Source: a virus. From it: 57,160 nt of DNA. Positions 9,324 through 18,416 of this stretch are shown in pieces. The stretch covers positions 133,091-190,250 of IMG/VR virus record IMGVR_UViG_3300037493_005727; one strand, 5' to 3'. Position numbers and translations under genes: made by a program. The notes beneath the pieces are model-generated. The model searched no databases, had not been told where the DNA came from, and saw nothing but the letters and a program-made list of their open reading frames with translations. The first letter of the stretch is position 1; each line of letters begins with the position of its first letter.

Positions 9324-10952
9324 ATGGCTCTCACAATCTATCGATACCGAGCAACGGGCCCTGGGATCGGCGATCTCTCAAAAGAAGTTCCGAGTGCTGT
9401 CACTTTTTCAGCGGCCGGGCATCTGTACGTCGACATTCAGGTCGACGACACAGTTCTTCAGGATCTCAGCGATGCCATGGCCGCAAGAGGGTGGACCTTC
9501 GATTCCACCGCTCCGGCGACAACCCCGGCGGCTCAAGCCGCGTCTCTCGGCTCCGACGCCATCAACATCCTGTCGGGCGGCACTCTCGTCGCCAAGCAGC
9601 CAAGTCTGAACTTCGTCTCAGGCGCCACGGTCGTCAACAACGGCGGCGCTGGGCGAGTTGACGTCACCATTCCGGCCGGGCTGGCTCTTACCGCCAACGC
9701 CCCTCAAGGCGTTTCACTTACGGCGGCGGCGGTGGGTACGGGTACCGCTGCGGCCAAAGATGACCACGTTCACCTCTTGGCTACCGCGGCACCGAGCAAC
9801 ATCGGCACCGCCAACGCCGCAGGAACCGCGACTTCTTCAGTTCGCTCTGACCACGTTCACGCTCTTCCGTTTGCCACCGTGCAGACGGTGCTCGCAGGCG
9901 CAACCAGCGCCATCGCAGTCAATGCCCAGAAGATCACAGGCCTCGCGGACCCGACGGCTGCGCAGGACGCTGCGACAAAGGCTTACGTAGATGCCACGAG
10001 CCAGGGTCTCGACGTCAAGGCGTCGGTTCGGGCAATCTCGACCACCAACATCACGCTGAGCGCTCCGCAAACGATTGACGGCGTCTCGGTCATCGCGGGC
10101 GATCGCGTTCTCGTTGCCGGTCAGAGCACCGCCTCGGCCAACGGCATCTACGTCGTCGCAGCGGGTGCGTGGACCCGAGCTACGGACGCCGACACTTCGC
10201 CGAAGGTCACGGCCGGGATGTTTACCTTCGTCACAGAAGGAACAGCGAACGCCGACTCTGGTTGGGTGCTGACGACCAACGACGCCATCGTTCTGGGCAC
10301 CACCGCTCTCGCCTTCACCCAGTTCTCTGGGGCTGGGCAGGTTGTAGCGGGCGCTGGTCTCACGAAGACGGGCAACACGCTCGACGTCATCGCCAACGCG
10401 GACGCTTCCATCGTTGTCAACGCCAACGACATTCAGGTTGGCGTACTCGCGACCGATGGGCAGCACGGCAACCGGGGCGGTGGAGCTCTCCACGCCAACG
10501 CCACAACCTCTGTCGCGGGGTTCCAGTCTGGCGCCGACAAGACGAAGCTCGACGGCATCACCGCTCTGGCCTCGACGGACTGCCTCCTCTGGGGAAACTC
10601 CTCCATCGGCACCAGCACGACGGCCCGCTTTCTCACGCCCGGTTACACGGACAACAGCGCACAGACCTCCGCCGTTCAGTTCCGCGTCCCTCGCGCAGGC
10701 ACCATCCGGAACCTGCGTGTCCGCTCCAACACTGCAGGCACTGGCGCTTCGAACCTCACGTTCACGCTGCGAAAGAACGGAACGAACCAGACCCTGACCT
10801 GCACCTACTCGAACACGGCCCAGGACGGCTCCGACTTGGTCAACAGCTTCACAGTGGCCGCTGGCGATCTCATCGATCTCACAGTCACCAAATCCGCTTC
10901 TCTCTCGAACAGCCCCTCTGCTGTCGTAGCTTCTGTCGAATACAGCGCCTAA
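9324..10952 (+). CDS. fibre-like structural protein (542 aa), Ala/Thr/Gly-rich; its N-terminal domain is paralogous to 10971..11720 and its C-terminal domain to 8583..9311
   Basis: AGGAG RBS. N-terminal MALTIYRYR...ARGWTFDSTAPAT matches MAATVYRYR...ERGWVFDCTAPVT, and the C-terminal domain matches the upstream gene. Confidence 0.65.
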   Translation: MALTIYRYRATGPGIGDLSKEVPSAVTFSAAGHLYVDIQVDDTVLQDLSDAMAARGWTFDSTAPATTPAAQAASLGSDAINILSGGTLVAKQPSLNFVSGATVVNNGGAGRVDVTIPAGLALTANAPQGVSLTAAAVGTGTAAAKDDHVHLLATAAPSNIGTANAAGTATSSVRSDHVHALPFATVQTVLAGATSAIAVNAQKITGLADPTAAQDAATKAYVDATSQGLDVKASVRAISTTNITLSAPQTIDGVSVIAGDRVLVAGQSTASANGIYVVAAGAWTRATDADTSPKVTAGMFTFVTEGTANADSGWVLTTNDAIVLGTTALAFTQFSGAGQVVAGAGLTKTGNTLDVIANADASIVVNANDIQVGVLATDGQHGNRGGGALHANATTSVAGFQSGADKTKLDGITALASTDCLLWGNSSIGTSTTARFLTPGYTDNSAQTSAVQFRVPRAGTIRNLRVRSNTAGTGASNLTFTLRKNGTNQTLTCTYSNTAQDGSDLVNSFTVAAGDLIDLTVTKSASLSNSPSAVVASVEYSA

Positions 10953-10970
10953 CGCTGAGAGAGGATCAAC

Positions 10971-11720
10971 TTGGCCGCTACAGTCTACAGATACCGTTTC
11001 GTAGGAACTACTCTTACAAACGTGGCCAAGTTTGTCCCCGGGGCGGTGTCCGTCGGGGACATCGCTCCGGCTCAGTACACCGACTTGACCTGCGATGACA
11101 CCGTCAAGACGGACCTCGACAACTACATGTTGGAGCGTGGATGGGTCTTCGACTGCACGGCCCCTGTCACTTTCGTAGACCAAGCCGTCGCGGCTGACTC
11201 GCCAGCTCAGACTCTTGCCTCTGCAACGACGGTCATCGACATCGCTGCGGCTACCGCTCCAACGGCAGGGCAGGCTCTGGTAGCGACTGGGCCGACGACT
11301 GCGACGTGGCAAACGCCGTCAGGCTCTTCCATTCTGGTGAAGACGGCGCAGATCAACATCACGGCCAATACGACGACAAACCAGTCGTCGTTTCAGGACC
11401 TCCTCACACTCAACATCACCGCCGCTGGAGCTGGCTTCTTCTGCATCTTTGCCGACGGTGCCGTGTCCAACACCAACTCCAACGTCAACATGCGGCTTCG
11501 TGTTCTCCTCGACGGCGTGTCTATCGGCGGCGTGCAGATGCGTGTCGCCGCGTCCAACATCGCGATGGGTTTCGGCTTCAACAAGCGTGTCGCTGTCGCG
11601 GCTGGCGCCAGAGTCGTAAAGCTCCAGTGGGCTACCGCGAACAACACGATGCAGTGCCGCCCCGTCGCTAATGCTGACGCTGAGAGCGCGTCGCTACTCG
11701 TCCAAGAGGTCACCGACTGA
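10971..11720 (+). CDS. fibre-like structural protein (249 aa), TTG start; shares the YRYR N-terminal domain
   Basis: The ORF has an AGAGAGGA RBS before a TTG start. Its N-terminus is paralogous to 9324. Confidence 0.55.
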   Translation: MAATVYRYRFVGTTLTNVAKFVPGAVSVGDIAPAQYTDLTCDDTVKTDLDNYMLERGWVFDCTAPVTFVDQAVAADSPAQTLASATTVIDIAAATAPTAGQALVATGPTTATWQTPSGSSILVKTAQINITANTTTNQSSFQDLLTLNITAAGAGFFCIFADGAVSNTNSNVNMRLRVLLDGVSIGGVQMRVAASNIAMGFGFNKRVAVAAGARVVKLQWATANNTMQCRPVANADAESASLLVQEVTD

Positions 11721-12700
11721 TGACTACCTACAACTTCACCATTTCGACAGCCTTCCCTGCGGCCAAGGTGTCCTCCGACAGGCTCACTCGGGAGATTCAG
11801 GACTCGGACATCACCGTTGCTCTCGACGGCATCACCACGGCAGGCGACGCCTGTGCCATCATCTTCAAGGCGGCGCTCTCTGGCGGCGAGGAGACGACGC
11901 TCAACGGGCTGGTGGCGGCACACTCCGGCGAGCCCCTGCCCGACAACACGCTACTCAAGGTGAAGGAGTACACCTCCGAGGGAGTCCCTGCGCCCGTCGC
12001 AGCGGACGGCAAGCCCTTCGTCCTGCCCAACAGCTTCCCTGGCGAGGTGCTGGTGAACTTCACCGGGACCTCGGATCAGCTCTCTCCCCCGAAGCGATTC
12101 GCTGGCGGGTTGTTCAGCCTCCAGCAGGTTGGGGTTGGAGAGACTTCGCTCGAGCTCGACTTCCTCGACGGGGTTTTTCTCGCCGGTGGGCACGTCGACT
12201 GGGACGGCGGAAGCTGGGGAAGCACCGTCTACATGGAGCTCGTCGCCCCAGCGTCCACCGTCAAAGATCCTGCGTCTCCAGGGACCGGCAACTGCAACGT
12301 GGTTCCGACGGGGATCCCGGGGCTCAACATCATTGTCCCCGCCGCGGGCAACGGGGCGAAAGACATCGACGTCCCCATTCCCATCCCGGCGAACGACGAT
12401 GAGACGAACGCACAAAACGGCTACTGGACCTACTCAGAGCCGTGGATTGGCAAGGGAACGGTGTCCCCTTCTCCTGGCACCGGTAAGTACAACCTTTTCA
12501 CCGCACCGTTGGAGCTGGCGCATTTCGCTAAGCTTCATTTGTTTTTGCCTACTGGTCAGCGAGACATGATCGCTCCGGCTATCAAGCCGAAGTGGATTCT
12601 TCCGGAGTGGAAGATGAAGGTCCTCATCTCCAACACGGACGCCGCCAAGACTCTCAGGCTCAGCGTCGACCTTCTAATTGCCCGGAGAAAATCAGTATGA
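11720..12700 (+). CDS. structural protein (326 aa), Gly/Pro/Val-rich
   Basis: Its ATG overlaps the upstream stop (TGATG). Confidence 0.6.
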   Translation: MTTYNFTISTAFPAAKVSSDRLTREIQDSDITVALDGITTAGDACAIIFKAALSGGEETTLNGLVAAHSGEPLPDNTLLKVKEYTSEGVPAPVAADGKPFVLPNSFPGEVLVNFTGTSDQLSPPKRFAGGLFSLQQVGVGETSLELDFLDGVFLAGGHVDWDGGSWGSTVYMELVAPASTVKDPASPGTGNCNVVPTGIPGLNIIVPAAGNGAKDIDVPIPIPANDDETNAQNGYWTYSEPWIGKGTVSPSPGTGKYNLFTAPLELAHFAKLHLFLPTGQRDMIAPAIKPKWILPEWKMKVLISNTDAAKTLRLSVDLLIARRKSV

Positions 12701-12843
12701 GTGACTCAGCCATCATTGAAGCAGTTCCTGATGTACTTCCCGCCTCCGACCAGGTCGCGACGCACGCGGACCTGGAGGCCATGAGGAACAAGTTCCACAG
12801 CGACCTAGTGGGGCTCCGATCGAAGTCTACGAGCCAAAAGTGA
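12697..12843 (+). CDS. small hypothetical protein (48 aa)
   Basis: ATG after GGAGAAAA, corresponding to the track ORF 12592..12843 trimmed to its RBS-supported start. Confidence 0.35.
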   Translation: MSDSAIIEAVPDVLPASDQVATHADLEAMRNKFHSDLVGLRSKSTSQK

Positions 12844-13127
12844 ACATCGATGCCGCGGTTCCCAAGGCGGCTGAATGGCTCGGCACACCATACGACTTCC
12901 AAGGCCTGTTCGGCGGAATCGTCGTAGAGGTAGGGCAGTGGTTGAAGCACAAGTGGCGGAACCCTGTACGCAGCGTCAACATCGTGTACTGCAGCGAGTC
13001 TGTCATTCGCGGTTGCGCAGAAGTTCCGTATCCTGGGATGGAGGTTTTGGACCCGAACGACGCGGACCCTTGGGAGCTTCGAAATCTTCTCGCCCACGAC
13101 GGCAGCAAACTTCTGCCTTCCAGCTAA
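12840..13127 (+). CDS. hypothetical protein (95 aa); weak resemblance to an NlpC/P60-type GxPYxxGG...CSE cell-wall hydrolase motif
   Basis: It contains WLGTPYDFQGLFGG...YCSESV. The peptidase call is low-confidence. Confidence 0.4.
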   Translation: MNIDAAVPKAAEWLGTPYDFQGLFGGIVVEVGQWLKHKWRNPVRSVNIVYCSESVIRGCAEVPYPGMEVLDPNDADPWELRNLLAHDGSKLLPSS

Positions 13128-13138
13128 ACTGATGCCGC

Positions 13139-13648
13139 ATGCTTCTTCGAGCCACGCTCAACGAACCCGTCCCGCTCCAAGCTCTCGCGAATGACGGGAA
13201 CACGGGGCTGTTCGTTCGCGTAACAGTACTCAGCCCCACTCTTGTGGTCGTCGCGACGCTGTACCCTCTGCACGTCGTGAAGGGGCTGTACTCAGTAAAT
13301 TGGACCCCAACTTCCGAGGGGTACTACTCCGCGATCTACGAGTTCTTCACCGACCCCGGGTACACCACGGTTGCCTACGACTACCCGCAGCAGGGGGAGA
13401 CGGTCGAGGTCAACTCCGACAAGACCAACATCCTTCGGCTCCTGGCTCTCGAGCACGAGAACACTGTTCTTGACCAGCACACGTACGACGGGGCCAAGCG
13501 TCTTTTGACGTCACGTCTCCGAGGCTACAACTCGGCGGCCAATGCCGCGCTGGCAGGAGTTACAGGGCTCCTGTTTGAGTGGCACATCTCTGCGACATAC
13601 GATGGCTTGGGCAGGAACAACCTCTTCAAGATTGACCGTGTCCTATGA
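13139..13648 (+). CDS. hypothetical structural protein (169 aa)
   Basis: The ORF has natural composition. Confidence 0.5.
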   Translation: MLLRATLNEPVPLQALANDGNTGLFVRVTVLSPTLVVVATLYPLHVVKGLYSVNWTPTSEGYYSAIYEFFTDPGYTTVAYDYPQQGETVEVNSDKTNILRLLALEHENTVLDQHTYDGAKRLLTSRLRGYNSAANAALAGVTGLLFEWHISATYDGLGRNNLFKIDRVL

Positions 13649-13956
13649 CCCTCTACTTCGCGACGCAGGCGTACCTGCACGACGACTGTCCGAACGATCT
13701 CCTGCCGCCCGACGGGTCGGGGGCGTTCGACCCTCCGCCGAAAGCACCCAGCGGAAAGGCAAGTCTCGCGAATCCGGTACCCGTTCCCCCGAGGGGCGCC
13801 GCCGTAGCTTCTCCGTTGAACCCCATCCCTCGTCCGCCGACCGGAAAGGCTACACTAGAGAACCCTGCGCCTGTCGCGCCCAAGGGTTCGGCGGTGGACC
13901 AAACTTCAAACCCACCCCCGAAAGCACCTGGCGGTGGAAAAGCTGAGGACGTGTAA
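13645..13956 (+). CDS. Pro-rich tandem-repeat protein (103 aa)
   Basis: It carries three imperfect repeats of P-x-GKA(S/T)L(A/E)NP(V/A)PV(P/A)P(R/K)G(A/S)AV, which are also visible as DNA repeats at 13730-13900. Confidence 0.45.
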   Translation: MTLYFATQAYLHDDCPNDLLPPDGSGAFDPPPKAPSGKASLANPVPVPPRGAAVASPLNPIPRPPTGKATLENPAPVAPKGSAVDQTSNPPPKAPGGGKAEDV

Positions 13957-14507
13957 TGGGCATCAAGGTCAACTGGGCAGGGAGCACGGAAGCGGACATC
14001 GCTTCGTACAACCTCGAGCGCGCCGACAACCTGACCGGGGCCCCGTGGACTCTCCTGGTCAACGTCGTTCACACGATTCCTGGTCCGGCCTGGGACGCGC
14101 TGACGTCGACCTTCTTCTACCTCGACGCCACCGGCGACACGACGAAGTACTACCGACTGATCGCCATCGATACGGTGGCTCAGTACAGCGTACCCTCTAC
14201 CCCCTTCCAAGCAGTCAGCACCGCCCCGGCGATCCCCAACGTCGTCAAAGTGGACCACAACACTCCGACCGCGGGGTCCTTGAGATATCAGACCGCCGGG
14301 GGCATTCCCGTCGAGGCGGCGGTTGTGCGGGTCTACTACAAGAGCGCGTTCGACCAGGGGCAGACAGACACGCCTTTGGCTGTGACGATGACCAATGTTC
14401 AAGGCAACTGGGTGAACCCGATCAGCCTTACGACCGGCTTCACCTACGTCGTGCAATTCGCTAAAGAGGGCCTGTACGGTCCCGACAAAACCGAAATCAC
14501 CATCTAG
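13956..14507 (+). CDS. structural protein with an Ig/FN3-like beta-sandwich signature (183 aa)
   Basis: TAATGG overlap start. It carries a TTKYYRLIAIDTVAQYSVPSTPF FN3-like motif. Confidence 0.5.
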   Translation: MGIKVNWAGSTEADIASYNLERADNLTGAPWTLLVNVVHTIPGPAWDALTSTFFYLDATGDTTKYYRLIAIDTVAQYSVPSTPFQAVSTAPAIPNVVKVDHNTPTAGSLRYQTAGGIPVEAAVVRVYYKSAFDQGQTDTPLAVTMTNVQGNWVNPISLTTGFTYVVQFAKEGLYGPDKTEITI

Positions 14508-14516
14508 GAGTTACTC

Positions 14517-14948
14517 ATGGCTCTCGCTATCTCCGTAGGAACCAGCCCCGTAGGCATCCAGCAGCTGATCACCGCGGCATCGCAGTTCAATGGCGCGCGG
14601 TCCGATTCCACGCTTACCGCCGGTAACGGGATGAACAAGTACGCCACGGACACCAAGGGCGGCTTGTTTGACTTCGAGCAGAGCGAGCCCGTCATCGTGC
14701 ACAACATCTTGGCGGACTTCGGCGGCTCCGTCACCTACACCGTCTACATCGTCAACCTGGACGCCGCGGGAGCTGTGATCCCCGGGGAGTCACTGCTTCT
14801 CGCCACAGGCACCGGCGCGTTGCTGAACCTCGCGCTACAGCACATCGTTCTTGGCTCCAAGCAAGCCCTCCAGCTCACAACCACCGGCGCTACAGCTGCG
14901 ATGAAGGCCCGTGTTTGGGCTACGGCTGCCCGCGGATTCATGGGATAA
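14517..14948 (+). CDS. hypothetical structural protein (143 aa)
   Basis: The ORF has an AGGAG RBS. Confidence 0.55.
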   Translation: MALAISVGTSPVGIQQLITAASQFNGARSDSTLTAGNGMNKYATDTKGGLFDFEQSEPVIVHNILADFGGSVTYTVYIVNLDAAGAVIPGESLLLATGTGALLNLALQHIVLGSKQALQLTTTGATAAMKARVWATAARGFMG

Positions 14949-14954
14949 ACGATC

Positions 14955-15449
14955 ATGCCGGTAACCGCGACTCCAACAACCACGCTGGTCATCACCCAGG
15001 ACGACGTCCGCGGTTTCTTGCGCGACATCGCGGGGCAGATTCCGAACACCGGTTCGTACAACATCATGTACGATCTGCCGCAGTTCTCTGACGCGGAGCT
15101 TCAGCGAGCCATCAAGTTCACGGCTTCCCGGTTCAATGTGATGGCGCCGCCGTCGAATGACCCAGTAGACGGCATTAACTCTTGGATCATGTTGATTGGG
15201 GTCGCTGAGTTCCTTTCGATGAGTGAGGCGTTCCGGCAGACCCGCAACCAGGTCACGTACCAGGACGGCGACATTCAGCCTATCGGGCTCGACGACAAGC
15301 AGCAGCAGTACCTCGCCTTGGCGCAGATGTGCAAGGCGGAGTTCGAGGAGAAGGCGCGCAACTACAAGATCTCTCGCAACATGGAGTCGTGCTACGGTTC
15401 CCTGGGTTCTGGCTACCGCAACGTCTCGAGGTTCTTTCACTCATCATGA
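14955..15449 (+). CDS. hypothetical protein (164 aa)
   Basis: ORF. Confidence 0.5.
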   Translation: MPVTATPTTTLVITQDDVRGFLRDIAGQIPNTGSYNIMYDLPQFSDAELQRAIKFTASRFNVMAPPSNDPVDGINSWIMLIGVAEFLSMSEAFRQTRNQVTYQDGDIQPIGLDDKQQQYLALAQMCKAEFEEKARNYKISRNMESCYGSLGSGYRNVSRFFHSS

Positions 15450-15925
15450 GTATGCACAAGGACAAGATCCCTGGTGGACTGGCTTCCGGGAAGTCCGAGG
15501 ATGCTTTTCCTGAGAAGAAGCTCGACGCCGGGACAAAGGTCGAGAAGGAACACACCTCGGAGGAGGAAGTCGCTGAAGAGATCGCGATGGACCACCTCAC
15601 CGAAGATCCGTCGTACTACCGGAAGCTGAAGAAGATCGAAAAGATGGCTTACCTGGCAGGACGCCGGGACGCATTCGCGAAGTTCGGTGGCGCGGCGTCC
15701 GCCGCTCCGGCGGGCGCGTCGTCCGTTCGGGACTCAGGATCGCCGGTAGCGACAACGCATCATCGAGACAGTATGCAGAACATCTCTCAGGGGTTCTCTG
15801 CCAACGCCGCTAAGGGACAAACGTCGAACTTCACGGACCCCGGATTCAGGAACCACACGCTGCAAGGTGGCCCTCCTACGAAGCCGTTCAAGTCCGACAC
15901 CTCAGGAGGCCTCAGTGACTCTTAA
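15446..15925 (+). CDS. hypothetical protein (159 aa), acidic N-terminus
   Basis: The ATGAGTATG start overlaps the upstream stop. Track ORF 15329..15925 was trimmed. Confidence 0.5.
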   Translation: MSMHKDKIPGGLASGKSEDAFPEKKLDAGTKVEKEHTSEEEVAEEIAMDHLTEDPSYYRKLKKIEKMAYLAGRRDAFAKFGGAASAAPAGASSVRDSGSPVATTHHRDSMQNISQGFSANAAKGQTSNFTDPGFRNHTLQGGPPTKPFKSDTSGGLSDS

Positions 15926-15929
15926 CGAA

Positions 15930-16541
15930 ATGGCGTATCGCAGGGGCTCTCGAGACGCTCAAAACAAGTTCGCCGCGCTCGGTGCTGCTGGAGCTCCAGC
16001 CACTCCGTCGATGGCCGCTGGCGGGCTAGGCGCTGTTCCGCCGATCAGCACGACGGTTCCCGGGGCCTCCGCGGCAACGGCGAAGCCGGGCGCGCCGAAT
16101 CAGGCGCTCCCGACCTCCCCGGTTCTTGGGACGGGGGTTCCTGGAACGCCGACCGTCGCCGGTATGGGTAAGCCTGTGTCCGCGGGAGCAGCTATCTCTT
16201 CGCCGCCGGTCGCTGCTCCTGCGACGCCGACAACGAAAGCCGCCAGCGTTTTCGCCCCGGCAAAGGCCCCAAGCGCTGCGAAGATCCCGCGCACAACATC
16301 GACAGTCGGGAGCAACAACACCGTTGAGACCGCCAAGTCCGTTGCTCCGTCGTCTACAGCTTCGAGCTCCCCGGCGAGCGCTGGGACATCCACCTCTCCT
16401 GGGGGATCAGCGTCTGCGTCGGGCCCTGGGATGGGCGGCATCGTTCCTTCCACGGGACTGAGCCCGGCGGCGACACTTGCCAACGAGACGGCTTCGAACA
16501 CCCGGAACCAGGTCGTGTCCGTCTCAGGCGGTGGCAAGTGA
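15930..16541 (+). CDS. Ala/Pro/Ser/Thr-rich low-complexity protein (203 aa)
   Basis: The ATG lies 4 nt after the upstream stop. The extended low-complexity sequence looks linker-like. Confidence 0.45.
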   Translation: MAYRRGSRDAQNKFAALGAAGAPATPSMAAGGLGAVPPISTTVPGASAATAKPGAPNQALPTSPVLGTGVPGTPTVAGMGKPVSAGAAISSPPVAAPATPTTKAASVFAPAKAPSAAKIPRTTSTVGSNNTVETAKSVAPSSTASSSPASAGTSTSPGGSASASGPGMGGIVPSTGLSPAATLANETASNTRNQVVSVSGGGK

Positions 16542-16801
16542 ACAAGCTCGCCTACCAAAGCGGCTGTCTCGCTGCGGTGGCGGCGTTCAAGCTCGCGGAG
16601 TTCAACTTCGGCGTGACGGCGCGACCGGAGAAGAAAGACCGCATTTCGTCGGACAACGGGCGGCGAGCCTACGGGACGAATTTCACAGAACCTGGGCGGC
16701 AGAATCGATCAGTAGGGCAGGCCTTTGACGCGCTGAACTCTACGAAGCCCAGCGACTTCATCAACGCCGGTAACGAGGCGATGATCGGGACAATGGGCTA
16801 A
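16538..16801 (+). CDS. hypothetical protein (87 aa), GTG start coupled to the upstream TGA
   Basis: GTGA overlap. Confidence 0.4.
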   Translation: MNKLAYQSGCLAAVAAFKLAEFNFGVTARPEKKDRISSDNGRRAYGTNFTEPGRQNRSVGQAFDALNSTKPSDFINAGNEAMIGTMG

Positions 16802-17631
16802 TGGCGCTATCCATCGAAATCACGCGGCTCCTCCCGCTGTTCCCTCGAGGGGTGTTCCTCCAGTGGGATCTCATCAACCCCACAGAGGTGGGATCCTACT
16901 GTTTCAACATCTACCGCTCCGGATCCCCTGAGGGTCCGTGGGAAGCTTTGTCGCTTGGTGGTGTCGACAACTACAACTACAGCGATGTCCTTCCCACGGT
17001 GTCGACGCAGGACGCGGCGGACATCAACCAGCTCTCACTCACTCGAGGGATCTATTACCGCGTCGAAGCCATTCCCCCCTCGGGCACGGACAACAAGGTG
17101 GAGGCGGTCTCTATCGTCGAACCTCGCCTCGACGGCGTTCAGAGACTGCTGAAGAGGAAGATTCTCCGCGACGAGAGCCTCACGTTCAAGAAGCTCAACG
17201 GCGTCGAGATCGCCGTCGTCAAGCGGATGCACTGGGGGCCCCGCTGCACCAAGTGCTGGGACAAGACGACCAAATCGGTGACCCGCGCGAACTGCATCAC
17301 GTGTTTCGGCACCGGCTTCTCTCCGGGATACTTTGCTCCCATCTTGACGCTGGGACGCCGGGGCACGCTGCCCGCGGCCAAGCAACTGTCCCCGCAAGGA
17401 GTCTCTGAGTACCGCCCGACGCAGGTGACCATCCTTGATGCTCCGAAGGTGGACCCGGACGACGTGTTGGTGTTCCTCAAGGACAACAAGCGCTTTCTCG
17501 TGAAAGCGCACATTCAGACGGAGCTCAAAACAGTTGGCGTGCACCAGAAGCTCGAGGTGAGTGAGATCGCACGCAGTTCAATCGAGTATCGCTTGGTCGT
17601 TGACCCTGCGAGAATCCCCCCGTTGTTCTAG
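16801..17631 (+). CDS. structural protein with a zinc ribbon (276 aa)
   Basis: TAATG overlap start. It contains CTKCWDKT...CITCFGTG. Confidence 0.55.
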   Translation: MALSIEITRLLPLFPRGVFLQWDLINPTEVGSYCFNIYRSGSPEGPWEALSLGGVDNYNYSDVLPTVSTQDAADINQLSLTRGIYYRVEAIPPSGTDNKVEAVSIVEPRLDGVQRLLKRKILRDESLTFKKLNGVEIAVVKRMHWGPRCTKCWDKTTKSVTRANCITCFGTGFSPGYFAPILTLGRRGTLPAAKQLSPQGVSEYRPTQVTILDAPKVDPDDVLVFLKDNKRFLVKAHIQTELKTVGVHQKLEVSEIARSSIEYRLVVDPARIPPLF

Positions 17632-17642
17632 AGTGGTGGGGC

Positions 17643-18341
17643 ATGGGGACCATCAACAACCAGAACCAGAAGGTTCCCCGTATCGCCGGGCAGCAGGCGG
17701 ACATCGCTGTCGGCTCCCCTCTGGCCTTGGTGGCGCTGTTCACTGAGATTGTTCGTGAGCGGTTTCGCCCCGGCAACGGCCTGGCGTGGGAGTGGCACGA
17801 GAACTCCACCCCGGAGAAGACGGAAGAAAACACCGAGGAAGAGCCTCGGCGAATTGTCATCGAGCCCGGGTTCAATGAGGACCTGGAAGTTCGAAACTTT
17901 CGTCCTGCGATCTACATCGACAAAGGTGAGACGGCGGCGGGTAAAGTCGCCATCGGCAACTTCGTGGGCCAGCAGCTGCACACCGGGTTTCGCGCGTTCT
18001 ACGCCCTCGGTACGGCGCCGATGGACATTGAAGTGGTGTCAGACTCGAAAGGTGAGAGCGCTATTCTCGGGGATCTGGTGTGGTTCTATATCCTCGCGGG
18101 GCGCGAGCAGATTCGGGCTTCCTTTGATCTTCACGAGATGACACCGCCGATTCTAGGCAAGACTGTTCCTTTCGAAGGTGACAAGGGGCAGTGGTCCACG
18201 CACATTTCCTTCGAAGTCCAGTTCAACCTACGCTGGAGCACACTGCCGATCGGTCCGCTACTAGAAGACATCGTGGTGCGGTACCGCGATTCCAATGAAA
18301 CGAATCCCGACGCTTTCCTTTTGAAGCAGTACATCAAGTGA
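17643..18341 (+). CDS. hypothetical structural protein (232 aa)
   Basis: ORF. Confidence 0.55.
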   Translation: MGTINNQNQKVPRIAGQQADIAVGSPLALVALFTEIVRERFRPGNGLAWEWHENSTPEKTEENTEEEPRRIVIEPGFNEDLEVRNFRPAIYIDKGETAAGKVAIGNFVGQQLHTGFRAFYALGTAPMDIEVVSDSKGESAILGDLVWFYILAGREQIRASFDLHEMTPPILGKTVPFEGDKGQWSTHISFEVQFNLRWSTLPIGPLLEDIVVRYRDSNETNPDAFLLKQYIK

Positions 18342-18416
18342 CCCTGGGCGTTTGTTTCCAGCCCCTCGCTCACCTATACCTGGGTAGCGACGACTTTCGA
18401 CGCAGGAGACCTTCCA

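Noticed and set aside
8583-10952. Diversity-generating retroelement (template/variable repeat) suggested by similar C-terminal domains of two adjacent fibre-like genes
   Set aside because: The similarity is at protein level only. The DNA is extensively diverged at all base types rather than adenine-specific, and there is no reverse transcriptase gene in the window.
12840-13127. Confident NlpC/P60 peptidase assignment
   Set aside because: Only a loose GxPYxxGG...CSE resemblance with non-canonical spacing. It is kept as a low-confidence note, not a call.
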